From the NCBI GenBank assembly GCA_053919585.1, contig CM132799.1: DNA of 64,000 bases; one strand, 5' to 3'. The notes under the pieces are model-generated. The model did not search any database. It saw only the letters and a program-made list of their open reading frames with translations, and was not told where the DNA came from. Shown piece after piece: positions 12,453 through 24,724 of the stretch (the first letter of the stretch is position 1; every line of letters starts with the position of its first letter). The translations under genes and the position numbers were made by a program. Source of the DNA: Euprymna scolopes. Its lineage: Eukaryota.

Positions 12453-15112
12453 AGGGCATATGCACAAATGTTCCTATGAGACCCATATTGCATCAGCACA
12501 AATATTTGTGTCACCCATACTGCATCACACACATGCTACCTACACTGTATAAGAACATTCATGTTACCTATTCGTGTACAAACTAATCATGTTAGCCATA
12601 CTGCATAAGTACAAATATTCATATATATCAATACAGCATATGCACAAATGTTCATATGATACCCATACTGCATTTGGATACTAGATATTGTTGTTATCCC
12701 TAGTGCATATGCACAAATATTCAGGTTATTCATATTGCATATGCACAATTCATATGTTACCCATACTGCATATGACCAAATATTTATATGTTACCCATAC
12801 TGCGAATGCACAAATATTTATGTTATCCATACTGCATATGCACAAATGTTCATATGTTACCGATACTGCATATAGACAAACATTCATATTTCCCATACTG
12901 CATATGCACCAATTATTAACATGTTATCCATACTGCATATGCAAAATTTATCCATACTTCATAAGCGTAAATATTCATGTTACCGATACTCCATATGCAC
13001 AAATATGCATATATTCATACTTTATAAGCACAAATATTATTGTTACACATACAGCATATGCACAAATATTCATCTTAACCATACTGAATATACAAAATAT
13101 TCATGTATTACCCGTACTGCATATGCACAAATATTCATATATTCATACTTCATAAGCACAAATATTATTGTTAGACATACAACATACGACCAAATGTTCA
13201 TATGCTAACACTACTTCATACTGCACTAATATTTATGTCACATATGAGGAAAGGTTTATGTTACCCATAATGCATATGTGCAAATAGTCATATGTTACCT
13301 ATACAACACATGCAAAAATATTCATATTACCCATAGTGCATATGCAAACATATTCCAATGTTACCAATAATGCATATGCACAAATGTTTATATATTACCC
13401 ATACTGCATATGCACAGATGTTCATGTTATCCAAACTAAATATGAGCAATTATTTATATGTTATCCATATTGCAGATACGCAAACATTCATATATTACCC
13501 ATACTGCATATGCACATAATAATTTTACATATTACCTATATAGTATATGCACAAATATTCATATGTTACTTATAGTTAATATGCACAAATGTCTATCAGT
13601 TAAACATATGTATTGGCACAGATGTTCATATGTTACACATATTGCATATACAATGATAATCATATGTTATCCATACTGCATTAGCACTACAAATATATTG
13701 GTAGCCATAAGGCATATGCCAAAATGTTCATATGTTACTCATACGGCATATGCACATCCATATGTTACCCATACTACATATGCACGGATGTTCATATGTT
13801 ATCCATAATGCATATGCACAAATATTAATGGTATCCATACCTCATATCCACAAATGTTTATATGGTACCCGTACTGCATATGCAAAATGTTTATATGTTT
13901 CCCATAATGCATACGCACAAATACTAATATGTTACTCATATTGCACATGGAAAAATGTTAATATGTTACCCATACTGAAAATGAACGTTCATATGCTATC
14001 CATACTTTATCTTCACAAATGTTCATATATAACACATAATGCATGTGCACAAATGTTCATGTAAGCTATATTAATTAAATGTTAATATGTTACCCATACT
14101 GCATATGCACAAATATTTATGTTATCCATAACGCATATGCACAAATGTTCATAAGTTACCCATGCAACATATGCACAAATGTTTATGCTACCCATACTGC
14201 CTATGCACAACTGTTCATATGGGACCAGTAGTGTATATTCAATTTTTTTTATGTTTCCAATAATGCAAATGTTCATATGTTACACATAATGCACAAATAT
14301 CTATGTTATATATACTGCATATCCACAAATATCTATATGTTACCCAGAATTCATATGCACAAATGTTCATATGTAACCCATAATGCATACGCATAAATGT
14401 CCATATGTTACACATACTACATATGCACAAATGTCCATATGGTACCCATATTAAATATTCACGAATGTCAATATGTTACTAATACTGCATATACACAAAT
14501 TTGCATATGTTACATGTAAAAAATGCGCATATCTTACTCGTACTGCATATGCAAAATGTAGAAATGTTTCCCATAATGCATATGCATTATGGAAGAAATC
14601 TTAGCATTTTACATATGCATATGCACAAATGTTTATGTGTTACGCATAATGCATATGCACAAATGTTCATATGTTACCCATACTGCATATGCACACATGT
14701 TTATCTCTTATCAATACAGCATATGAACAAATGTTCATATGTTACCAATATTTCATATGCTTAATTTTCATATGTTACTCATGCTGAATATGTACAAATT
14801 TGCATGTGTTACCCACTGCATTTGCTCAATGTTCATATGTTAACCATACTACATATGTAAAAAAGTTTATGTTACGCATACTGCACATGCACAAATATTC
14901 ATTTGTAGCATACTGCATTTGCACAAACATCCATGTAATCAATAATGCATTAGCACAAATGTTCGTATTACTCATACTGTATATGCACAGATTTGTATAT
15001 CTTACCTATATTGCATATGCACAAATGTGCAATTCTAATCCTCACTGCATATGCAAAATGTTCATATGTTTCCTGTAATGAATATGCACAAATGTTTATA
15101 TGTAACCCATAA
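12453..15112 (-). repeat. Satellite array B: same 32-34 bp family, opposite orientation to A
   Basis: Units read CATATGTTACCCATACTGCATATGCACAAATGTT on the + strand. Confidence 0.95.
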
Positions 15113-15480
15113 TGTTGCATACTGGTTATATTAAAAGAAAGAGAGAGACGAACATTATTTAGTGAGTGTTCATATTAGAGAGAAACAGGGTACATTTTAA
15201 TAGAGAGACGGTATGTGATACACGATGAGATGGGAATAGAATATAGATTGACATTTATACTGTTCTGTGAATATTTCTTGTTGACACATATTTCAGGAGG
15301 AGGGATCAGTTATCAGTTCTTTTATCACAGGAGAGGACAGTCATTATTTCTTGATAGAGAGGAAGACAGATTTCTCAAGATGGGGAGACACATTACTTAG
15401 ATGATGGAGTTTATAGAATGTTCATTATCAGAAATGAGTGGAATAAAGTTCACATAAATGATACACACACCCTTTGTTTT
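15113..15480 (+). mobile_element. LTR-like fragment inserted in the satellite
   Basis: Begins TGTTG, purine-rich, AATAAA at ~15442; cut by the next element. Confidence 0.4.
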
Positions 15481-16125
15481 TGTTGAGAATGACACAACAC
15501 AAGACGCAGTTACAAAATGAGGATGCTCCTTTATTTCGTTGATCAATGAAGACATCCAGATATTCAAAGTCACTACATGATTTCACCTTCTAACCCTTCG
15601 CTTCCAAAGGGGGATACCTTCTTACCAATGTCAGCTCTGTCTGCCCGACTATCTTCCCGTTCTCTTCTATTCTCTTCCCTGTTTCTATCTCAAACTAGCC
15701 TATATTGAGAACTCATCTCTCGGTCATGACGTTATCGTATGGTCAAAAACGTGCATGATCGATACCGTGGTCTGCCATGCCTCACGTGTCTAAAATATGC
15801 AATTTTTCTCACATGTCTATCACATTTTTCAGACCGTATTCTTCTAACCTATTTTCGGCCTAACCTATTTTCCAACATATTTAAATTTGCTATTGTTCGT
15901 TTCTCTAACTGACCTTGTTTCTTTCTAATTTTTATAAATAGAATTGAATCATGAAATTCCTTTTCACAATAACATTTCTAAACAATCAAATCCCTTTTCA
16001 AACAAACATATCTGCTATTTTATATTAAAACTAACAATGGGAATTCTCCTGAACCTTAATTCCAAACCTAGCTTTCCAGGTTCGACTTCTCAATCTATAC
16101 TATCTCCTTTCTATTACTTACAAGA
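15481..16125 (-). mobile_element. 3' end of an LTR retrotransposon: LTR 15481-15813 plus decayed pol tail
   Basis: LTR termini TGTTGAGAA...TTCTCACA; poly(A) signal on the - strand at ~15530; the adjacent purine-rich - strand reads ...RPK*/RLEEYGL. Confidence 0.55.
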
Positions 16126-16500
16126 AAAAAATTCATATAACAATAATGCATATGCACAAATTCTCATATGTTACCCATAATGCATATACACAAATTTAAT
16201 ATGTTACAAGTACTTCATATGCACACATGTTTATATGTACTCAATACAACATATGCATAAGTGTTCTTATGTTCCTAAGACTTCAAATGTGCCTATCGAT
16301 CCTGCACTGCATATGAAAAATGCGCATATATTACTTATCCACATATGTTGATATGTAACGTATACTTCATACACACGTATGTTCATATGCTACACATACT
16401 GCATATACAAAAATGTTCATATGTAACCCATTATACACATAAAAATTTTTTAATAGGTTACCAATATTGCATATGCACAATGTTCTATATTTTACATATA
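16126..16500 (-). repeat. Continuation of satellite array B
   Basis: Same orientation and unit as 12453-15112. Confidence 0.9.
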
Positions 16501-19500
16501 TACATATTTACGTGTATATGCAGTATGGGTAACATATAAACAATCGTGTATATGTAGTATGGGTAATATATAAACAGGTGTGCATATGCAGTACAGGTAA
16601 CATAAGAACAATCGTGTATATGCAGTATGGGTAACATATAAAAATTTGTGCATATGGAGTATGGGTAATATATGAACACTCGTGTATATGCAGCATGGGT
16701 ACCATATTAACATTTGTGAAAATGCAGTATGTGTAACATATGAACCATCGTGTATATGCAGTACGGGTAACATATGAACATTTGTGCATGCGCAGTACAG
16801 GTAATATATGAATAATCGTGTATATGCAGTATGGGTAGCATATGAAAAACCCTGTAGATGCAGTATGGGGAACATATGCACATTTGTGAATATGCAGTAT
16901 GGGTAATATATGAACAACCGCGTAAATGCAGTACGGGTAATATATGAACATATGTGCATATGCAGTACGTGTAAAATATGAACAATCGCGTATATGTAGT
17001 TTGGTTAACTTATGAACATTCCAGTATATGCAGTACGGGTAACATACGAACATTAGTGCATATGCAGTACGGGTAACTTATGAATAACCGTGTATATACA
17101 GTATGGGTAACATATGAACAACCGTGTATATGCACTATGAGTAACATATGAAGAATCGTGTATATGTAGTACGGGTAACATATTAACATTTGTGCATATG
17201 CAGTACGGGTAATATACGACCAATCATGTATATGAAGTATTTGTTGCATATAAACAACCGTGTATATGCAGGATGGGTAACATATGAACAACCGGTATAT
17301 GCAGTATGGGTAACATATGAACACTTGTGCATATGCAGTACGAGTAACATATGAACATTTGTGCATATGCAGTACGGTTAACATATGAACAATCGTGTAT
17401 CTGCAGTATGGGTAACATATGAACAACCGTGTATATGCAGTATGGGTAACATATAAACATTTGTGCCTATGCAGTACGGGTAACAAATAAACAATCGTGT
17501 ATATGCAGTATGTGTTACATATGAAAAATCGTGTATATGCAGTATGGGCAACATATGAACCATCGTTTATATGCAGTATGGGTAACATATGAACATTTGT
17601 GCATATGTAGTACGGTTGGCATATGAACAATCGTGTATATGCAGAATGGGTAACATATGAACAACCATGCATATGCAGTATGGGTAACATATGACCTACA
17701 CTGTATATGCAGTATGCATAACATATAAACAACCATGAATATACAGTATGGGTAACATATGAACATTTGTGGATATGAAGTATGGTAACATATGAACATT
17801 TGTGGACATGTAGTATGGGTAATATACGACTGAGCATGTATATGAATTATTGGTTACATATGAACAACCGTGTATATGCAATGTGGGTAACATATGAACA
17901 TTTATGAATATGCAGTATAGGTAATATATAGACAATCGTGTATATGCAGTATGGGTAACATATGAACAACCGTGTATATGCAGTATGGATTACATATGAA
18001 AATTTGTGCATATGCAGTACGAGTAACATGTGAACATTTGTGCATATGAAGTACAGTTAACATGTGAACAATCGTGTGTATGCAGTATGGGTAACATATA
18101 AACAATCGTGCATATGCCGTATGGGTAACATACAAACATTTGTGCATATTCAGTACGGATAACATATGAACAGTCGTGTATATGCAGTATACGTAACATA
18201 TGAACATTTGTGCATATTCAGTATGGGAAACATATGAACATTTGTGCATATGCAGTACGGGTAACTTATGAACAATCGTGTATATGCAGTATGGGTAACA
18301 TATGAACCACCCGGTATATGCAGTACGCGTGACATATGCATATTTGTACATATGCAATACGGGTAACGTATGAACAACCGTGTATATACAGTATAGGTAG
18401 CATATGGAAATTTGTGCATATTCAGTACGGGTAACATATGAACAACCGTGTATATGCAGTATAGGAAACATATGAACATTTGTGCATATGCAGTATGGGA
18501 AACATATGAATATTTGTGCATATGCAGTATGGGTAACTTATGAACAATCGTGTATATGCAGTATGGGTAACATATGAACCCCCCGGATTAAGCAGTACGC
18601 GTAACATACAAACATTTGTGCATATGCAGTACGGGTCACATATGAACAATCGTGTATATACAGTATAGGTAACATATGAACATTTGTGCGTATCCAGTAT
18701 GAGTAACACATAAACAACCGTGTATATGCAGTATGGGTAACATATGAACATGTGTGCATATGCAGTATGGCAATAATATGAGCATTTGTACATACGCAGT
18801 ACTGGTAACATATTAACAACCGTGTATATGCAGTTTGGGTAACATATGAACAACCGTGTATATGCAGTTTGGGTAACATATTAACAACCGTGTATATGCA
18901 GTTTGGGTAACATGTGAACATTTGTGAATATGCAGAATGGGTAGCATATGAACAACCGTGTATATGCAATACGGGTAACATCTGAACAATCGTGTATATG
19001 CAGTATGAGTAACATATGAAAAATCGTGTGAATGCAGTACCGGTAACATATGAGCATTTGTGCATATGCAGTACGGGTAATATACGAACAATTGTGTCTA
19101 TGCAGTATGGGTTACATGTTACATATAAACAACCGTGTATATGCAGTATGGTAACATATGAACATTTGTGAATATGCAGTATGGGTAACATATGAACATT
19201 TCTGCATATGCAGTAATGGTAACATCTGAACATATGTGAATATGCAGTACGGGTAACATATAACCAATTGTGTATATGCAGTATGGATAACATATGAACA
19301 ATCCTGTATATACAGTACGGGTAACGTATTAACATTTGTGAATATGCAGTATGGGTAACATGTGAACACACGTATATATGCAGTATGGCTTACATATGGA
19401 CATTTGTGAATATGCACTCTGGGTAATATTTGAACGATCGTGTATATGCAGTATGGGTAACATATGAACATTTGTGAATATGCACTATGGGTAACATATG

Positions 19501-22090
19501 GATCATCGTGTATATGCGGTATGGGTAACATATGAACAATCGTGTATATGCAGTATGGGTAACATATTTACAACCGTGTAGATGCAGTACGAGTAACATA
19601 TGAACATTTGTGCATATGCAGTACGGTAACATATGAACAATCGTATATATGCAGTATGTGTAACATATGAACAACCGTGTATATGCATTATGGGTAACAT
19701 ATGAACATGTTTGCCTATGCAGTACGGGTAACATATGAACAATCATGTATATGAAGCATTGGTAACATATGGGCAATCGTGTATATGCAGTATGGGTAAC
19801 ATATAAAATAATCATGCATATGCAGTATGGGTAACATATGAACAACCGTGTATATGCAGTACGGGTAACATATGAACATTTGTGCATATGCAGTACGGGT
19901 AACATATGAACAACCGTGTATATGCAGTATGGGTAACATATGAACATTTGTTCATATGCAGCACGGGTTACATATGAACAATCGTGTATATTTAGTATGG
20001 GGAACATATGGCAGGCGTGTATATGCAGTATGGGTACCATATGAACAACCGTTTACATGCAGTTTGGGTAACATATGAACATTTTTAAATATGCTGAATG
20101 GGTAACATATGAACAATCGTGCATATGCAGTATGGGTAATATATGAACAATCGTGTATAGGCATTATGGGTAACATATGAACTACCGTTCACATGCAGTC
20201 CTGGTAATGTGTGTATATGCAGTGTAAAATATGAACAATGGTGTATATTCTGTACGGGTAACAGATGAACATTTGTGCCTATGTAGTTGCGGTAACATAT
20301 GACCAGTCGTGTATATGCAGTATAGGTAACATATGAACAAGCGCCTATATGTAGTATGGGTTACATGGGAACAACCAGGTATATGCAGTACGGGTAACAT
20401 GTGAACGTTTGTGAATATTCAGTACAGGTTACATATAGAACAATCTTGTTTATGCAGTATGGGTAACATATGAACAATCGTGTATATGCAGTATAGGTAA
20501 CATATGAACAATCGTGTATATGCAGTATGGGTAACATATGAAAATTTGTGAATATGTAGTATGGGAAACATATAAACAACCGTATAGATGCAGTATGGGT
20601 AACATATGAACATGAGTGCATATGCAGTAAAGTTAACATATGATCAATCGTGTACATGCAGTATGGGTAACATATGAACAACCGTCTATATGCAGTATGG
20701 GTAATATATTAACATTTATGCCTATGCAGTACGGGTAACGTATGAACAACCGTGTATTTGCAGTATGGGTAACATATGAACAACCGTGTATATGCGTATG
20801 GGTAACATATGACCAATCGTGTATATGCTGTTTGGGAAACATATAAACGTTTTTGAATATGCAGTATTGGGAACATATGTACATTTGGGCATATGCAGTA
20901 CGGGTAACATATGAACAACCGTGTATATGCAGTATAGGTTACATATTAACATTTGTGCATATGCAGTACGGGTAACATATGAACAATCGTGTAAATGCAG
21001 TATGTGTAACATATGAACAACTGTGTATAGGAAGTATGGGTAACATATGAACATCTGTGAATCTGAAGTATGGGTAAAATATGAACAATCGTGTAAATGC
21101 AGTATGGGACACATATAAGCAATTGTGTATATGCAGTACGGATAATATACAAACGATAGTGTATATGCAGTATGGGTAATATATGAACATTTGTGAATAT
21201 GCAGTACGCGTAACATATAAACAACAGTGTATATGCAGTATTGTAACATATGAACAACCGTGTATGCAATATGGGTAACATATAAACATTTCTGAATATG
21301 CAGTACGGGTAACATATGGGCATTTGTGCATATGCAGTATGGGTCACATATGAATAATCGTGTAGATGCAATATAGGTAACATATGAACATTTGTTCATA
21401 TGGAGTACGGGTAACATATTAATATTTGTGCATATTCAGCACGGGTTACATATGAACAATCGCGTATATTCAGTATGGGGAACATATGAATAAGCGTGTA
21501 TATTAGTATGGGTTACATATGACCAATCGTGCATATGCAGTGTGGGTAACATATGATCAATCGTGTATATGCCGTATTGGAAACATATGAACATTTGTTT
21601 ATATGCAGTACGGGTAACATATGAACAATCGTGTACATTCAGTATGGGTTTCATATGAACAACCGTGTATATGCAGAATTGGTAACATATGAACAATCGT
21701 GCATATGCAGTACGGGTAACATATGAGCATTTGTGCATATGCAGTATGGGTAACATATGAACAATCGTGTATATGAAGTACGGATAACATATGGACAATC
21801 GTGTATATGCAGTATTGGTAACATATTAACAATCGTGTATATGCGGTAGTGGTAACATATGAACATTTGTCATATGCAGTACGGGTAACATATTAACAAT
21901 CGTGTATAAGCAGTATGGGTAACATATGAACATTTGTGCATTTGGAGTACGGGTAACATATGAACAATTGTGTATATGCAGTACAAGTAACATATGAATA
22001 TCTGTGCGTATGACATGGGTTACATTAATATTTGTGCATATGCAGTATGGGTAATATATGAATATTAGTGCATATACAGTATGGATATAC
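16501..22090 (+). repeat. Satellite array C, ~165 units of 34 bp, two interspersed subtypes (..ACATTTGTGCATATG.. and ..ACAA[T/C]CGTGTATATG..)
   Basis: Homogeneous 34-bp period; the orientation flips relative to B at ~16500. Confidence 0.97.
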
Positions 22091-22094
22091 TCAC

Positions 22095-23200
22095 AGAAAG
22101 TACTATTTCCATTGCTTCCGACGTAATAGATTTCATTAAACCAAAACCGTTTTTAGGACTGCCAACAACCATTTGAAAAACGAGATTAAGAATGCAAGAT
22201 TCGCATATTCAGTCCGTCAAGTTTAAAGTAGCTGAGTAACGATTTGGTTCCCACCAGTTTGGCCAAATAGCATACAGAGTCCCATACAGAAGGGTGGCCT
22301 TTGTTCTTACTATAATCGATAAACCTGAAGTAATTTCGTCAGCATTTGGCAAAGAAAAACTCTTTGCCAATGATTTTGCAGCAATTTCTGTCCTTTCTGA
22401 TCAGGGTCGCCTACCCCCGCCTCTGTATTTTCTCCTGTAACTGAAAATACACTATGCGACATACTAATATCTGTATTTTATGTTGCCAAGCTCATCAAAA
22501 ACGTTCGTTCCAGTAGAGCAACTGGCCCAAATAGCATTCCAGTCATAGTATTCCAAAACCTTCAACCGGAACTAGTTCCCATACATACAAAGCAATTTAA
22601 ACGTTGCCTAAAGAAGAAATGCTTCCCAACACCCTGAAAATTTTATCAGTCTAACCCGTATTTAAGATTTTCGGAGACTGACCATCTCCCTCTCAGTACA
22701 GCCTAATCAGTTTCCTGAGCAACATGAGAAAATTGCTGGAATCTGTGATAAACAGAGATGTTGTCAACTACTTTAGCACTGCGCAGAAACATACAATATA
22801 GTTTCCGTTCTGCGATATCTACAGCTGATGTACTGACATCTATATCACACATTACAGGATTAGTAAATCTCCCGGCAGGGGCTTCGTTTCTAGAGCAATA
22901 GCTTTTGACATGTCATATATATTTGATAGAGCATGACATAAAGGTCTGTTTCACAAGAATAGCTGGAAATGTCCTCTCGGTTATTAAATCCTTTCTCTCT
23001 GATAGGCTTATAGTCGTAGAGTAGTTGTTGATAGGCAGAAATCAGGAACTCATTATATTAATGCTGGCCTGCCTCAAGGTTCTATCCTAGGCCCGACTCT
23101 CTTCCTGATCTACATCATGATCTCCAAAATCACATTCTTAGATCATTGATAAACATTGTATGGCACAACTTCAAAGACGAGCAATGACGTAGATCGCTCT
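22095..23200 (+). mobile_element. LINE (CR1/Jockey-group) ORF2 reverse transcriptase remnant
   Basis: Motifs ATGPNSIPVIV, PELVPI, KCFP, QYSFRS..STADVL, AIAFDMS..FDRA*HKGL, NAGLPQGSILGPTLFLIYI. Confidence 0.9.
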
Positions 23201-23324
23201 TTTCTGTAAGTTAAAAACGTAAATCATTATTCCGAGTAAATACATGTCATGCATACTAGCGTGTCACAGTGCTTATCTCTATCTTTACAAAGTTAGCCAT
23301 ATTTATATGCTTATATATTCGTAT

Positions 23325-23565
23325 GAATACGGAATAATCACGTTGGCACACCGGTTCTCTTCAGATCACTGAAGCTAAGCAACGTTGAGCCTGGTTAGTA
23401 CCAAATGGGTGACTATTTGGGAATTCTAGGTGCGGTATGTACTTGCCACTTATCTCAGCATTGTTTTCAGTCATCTTGAACCTCCACTTACTACTGGTAT
23501 TTAACAATGCCGACTCGGCAGAGATGTGACTGGAGATTGTGCAACTCTTGCCACAAAAAAATTCA
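23325..23565 (+). mobile_element. 5S rRNA-derived SINE (SINE3-type): 5S head 23325-23440 plus body
   Basis: CACCGGTTCTCTTCAGATCACTGAAGCTAAGCAACGTTGAGCCTGGTTAGTACCAAATGGGTGAC..TGGGAAT..AGGTGCGGTA aligns with invertebrate 5S. No T-run terminator; the body resembles the copies at 30680 and 40360. Confidence 0.85.
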
Positions 23566-23837
23566 CGTGGAAGTAACCTTTACAGTAGGTATCGAAAGTC
23601 TGTCAAGACTGAAGGAAGCGAAAATATTCCTATGCACATGGTTCATTCCTAAACTAATCAACCAATCATTATGAATTTTAGAACACCGTTGCTCTGTGTG
23701 AGAAGTAAAAATAGCAACTGCATTTACTTTCCTTAGCAATCCTTTCTGTAATCCAACCATATATCTACACCTTGCATTTTTTTATCCTTTGAGATGAGGT
23801 TTCATAATTTGTGTATTCATTCTTTTTGCATCTTTAT

Positions 23838-24150
23838 ATGGCGCAGTGGATAGAGGCGTTGAGTCCCTACGGTCCTAGGTGCAGATTGTCTGAAGATAGT
23901 GGGTTCAATCCTTCTCAAGTAGCCCAGAGGATTAGTTGGCCCGAAACGTCGTGAGACAACTATGGACAGCATTAATTACTTATGATACAATTACAAGACT
24001 CAGCCGTCCTATCAGGTCGCGGTTAATGACCTGAAGAAGGCCATAGATTTTCGGCCGAAACGTGGTGAAAACAACAAGTATGAAGATGAAGATAACCGTT
24101 CACAAAGTAAAATAAATACAAACGTCTATACCTTGATGTCCATCAACTTT
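23838..24150 (+). mobile_element. tRNA-like head followed by Penelope-type pseudo-LTR sequence with two hammerhead-like cores
   Basis: A box TGGCGCAGTGG and B box GGTTCAATCC; degenerate core CAGAGGA..CCGAAACGTC near 23925-23950; core CTGAAGA-AGGCC-loop-GGCC-GAAAC at 24031-24061. Confidence 0.6.
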
Positions 24151-24179
24151 TAGTTATTTTTGTTTTGTCGCTGTTTCAG

Positions 24180-24400
24180 AAAACATAGGAACACTCTTAT
24201 GGTCGTCTCATCAGTAGAAGTTGTGATCCTGAGCGGACTTCACATTCACAGGAACGTAGCCATCAAGATTGTTATTTGTGTAGTTATTTTAAAGATAATG
24301 ATGTCAAAAGAATCCGCAGAATATTCCTGAATTGAAGAGAGCAATCACAGTCACAAGACACAGTTGCACTCAGATGTCCAAAAGTGGATGGAAGCCTTAA
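24180..24400 (+). mobile_element. Tc1/mariner-superfamily transposase C-terminal remnant
   Basis: GRLISRSCDPERTSHSQERSHQDCYLCSYFKDN..NIPELKRAIT is a decayed WPPRSPDLNPLDFFLWGYLKD motif. Confidence 0.6.
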
Positions 24401-24724
24401 TTGAAAATTAAGTATATCACGTGCTAATCTTGTTTTACTCTGGGTTTTATCATTTTTTTGTTATATAATTTTTTATTGTTTTACATTTTTTTTAATTATG
24501 TTTTATTAGTTTTGTAATTATTTTTATGCTAACTTGCAATTCTATACTTTTATTTTTCTAGTTTTTGCCTCTGAAGAAAATTCTGTGAAATATAAAGGAA
24601 ATCATCTTTTGTGTTCCTTGAACAATAAATTTTGTAAATTTTTATTTGCATCATTTAATTCCAATTTCTATCTCAAATATTGAACATTTTTTTCAAGATA
24701 AACAATCATCTCTTTATAGTAATA

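Noticed and set aside
2927-21866. Dozens of His/Cys/Tyr-rich ORFs as zinc-finger or metal-binding genes
   Set aside because: They are overlapping translations of the 34-bp satellite in all frames, with no true C2H2 spacing.
16501-22090. CRISPR-like array (constant ~26-bp part plus a variable 8-bp part)
   Set aside because: No unique spacers: only two or three recurring variants. There are no cas genes and the context is eukaryotic.
23325-23440. Functional 5S rRNA gene
   Set aside because: Many substitutions, no T-run terminator, and it continues into a body shared with other copies.
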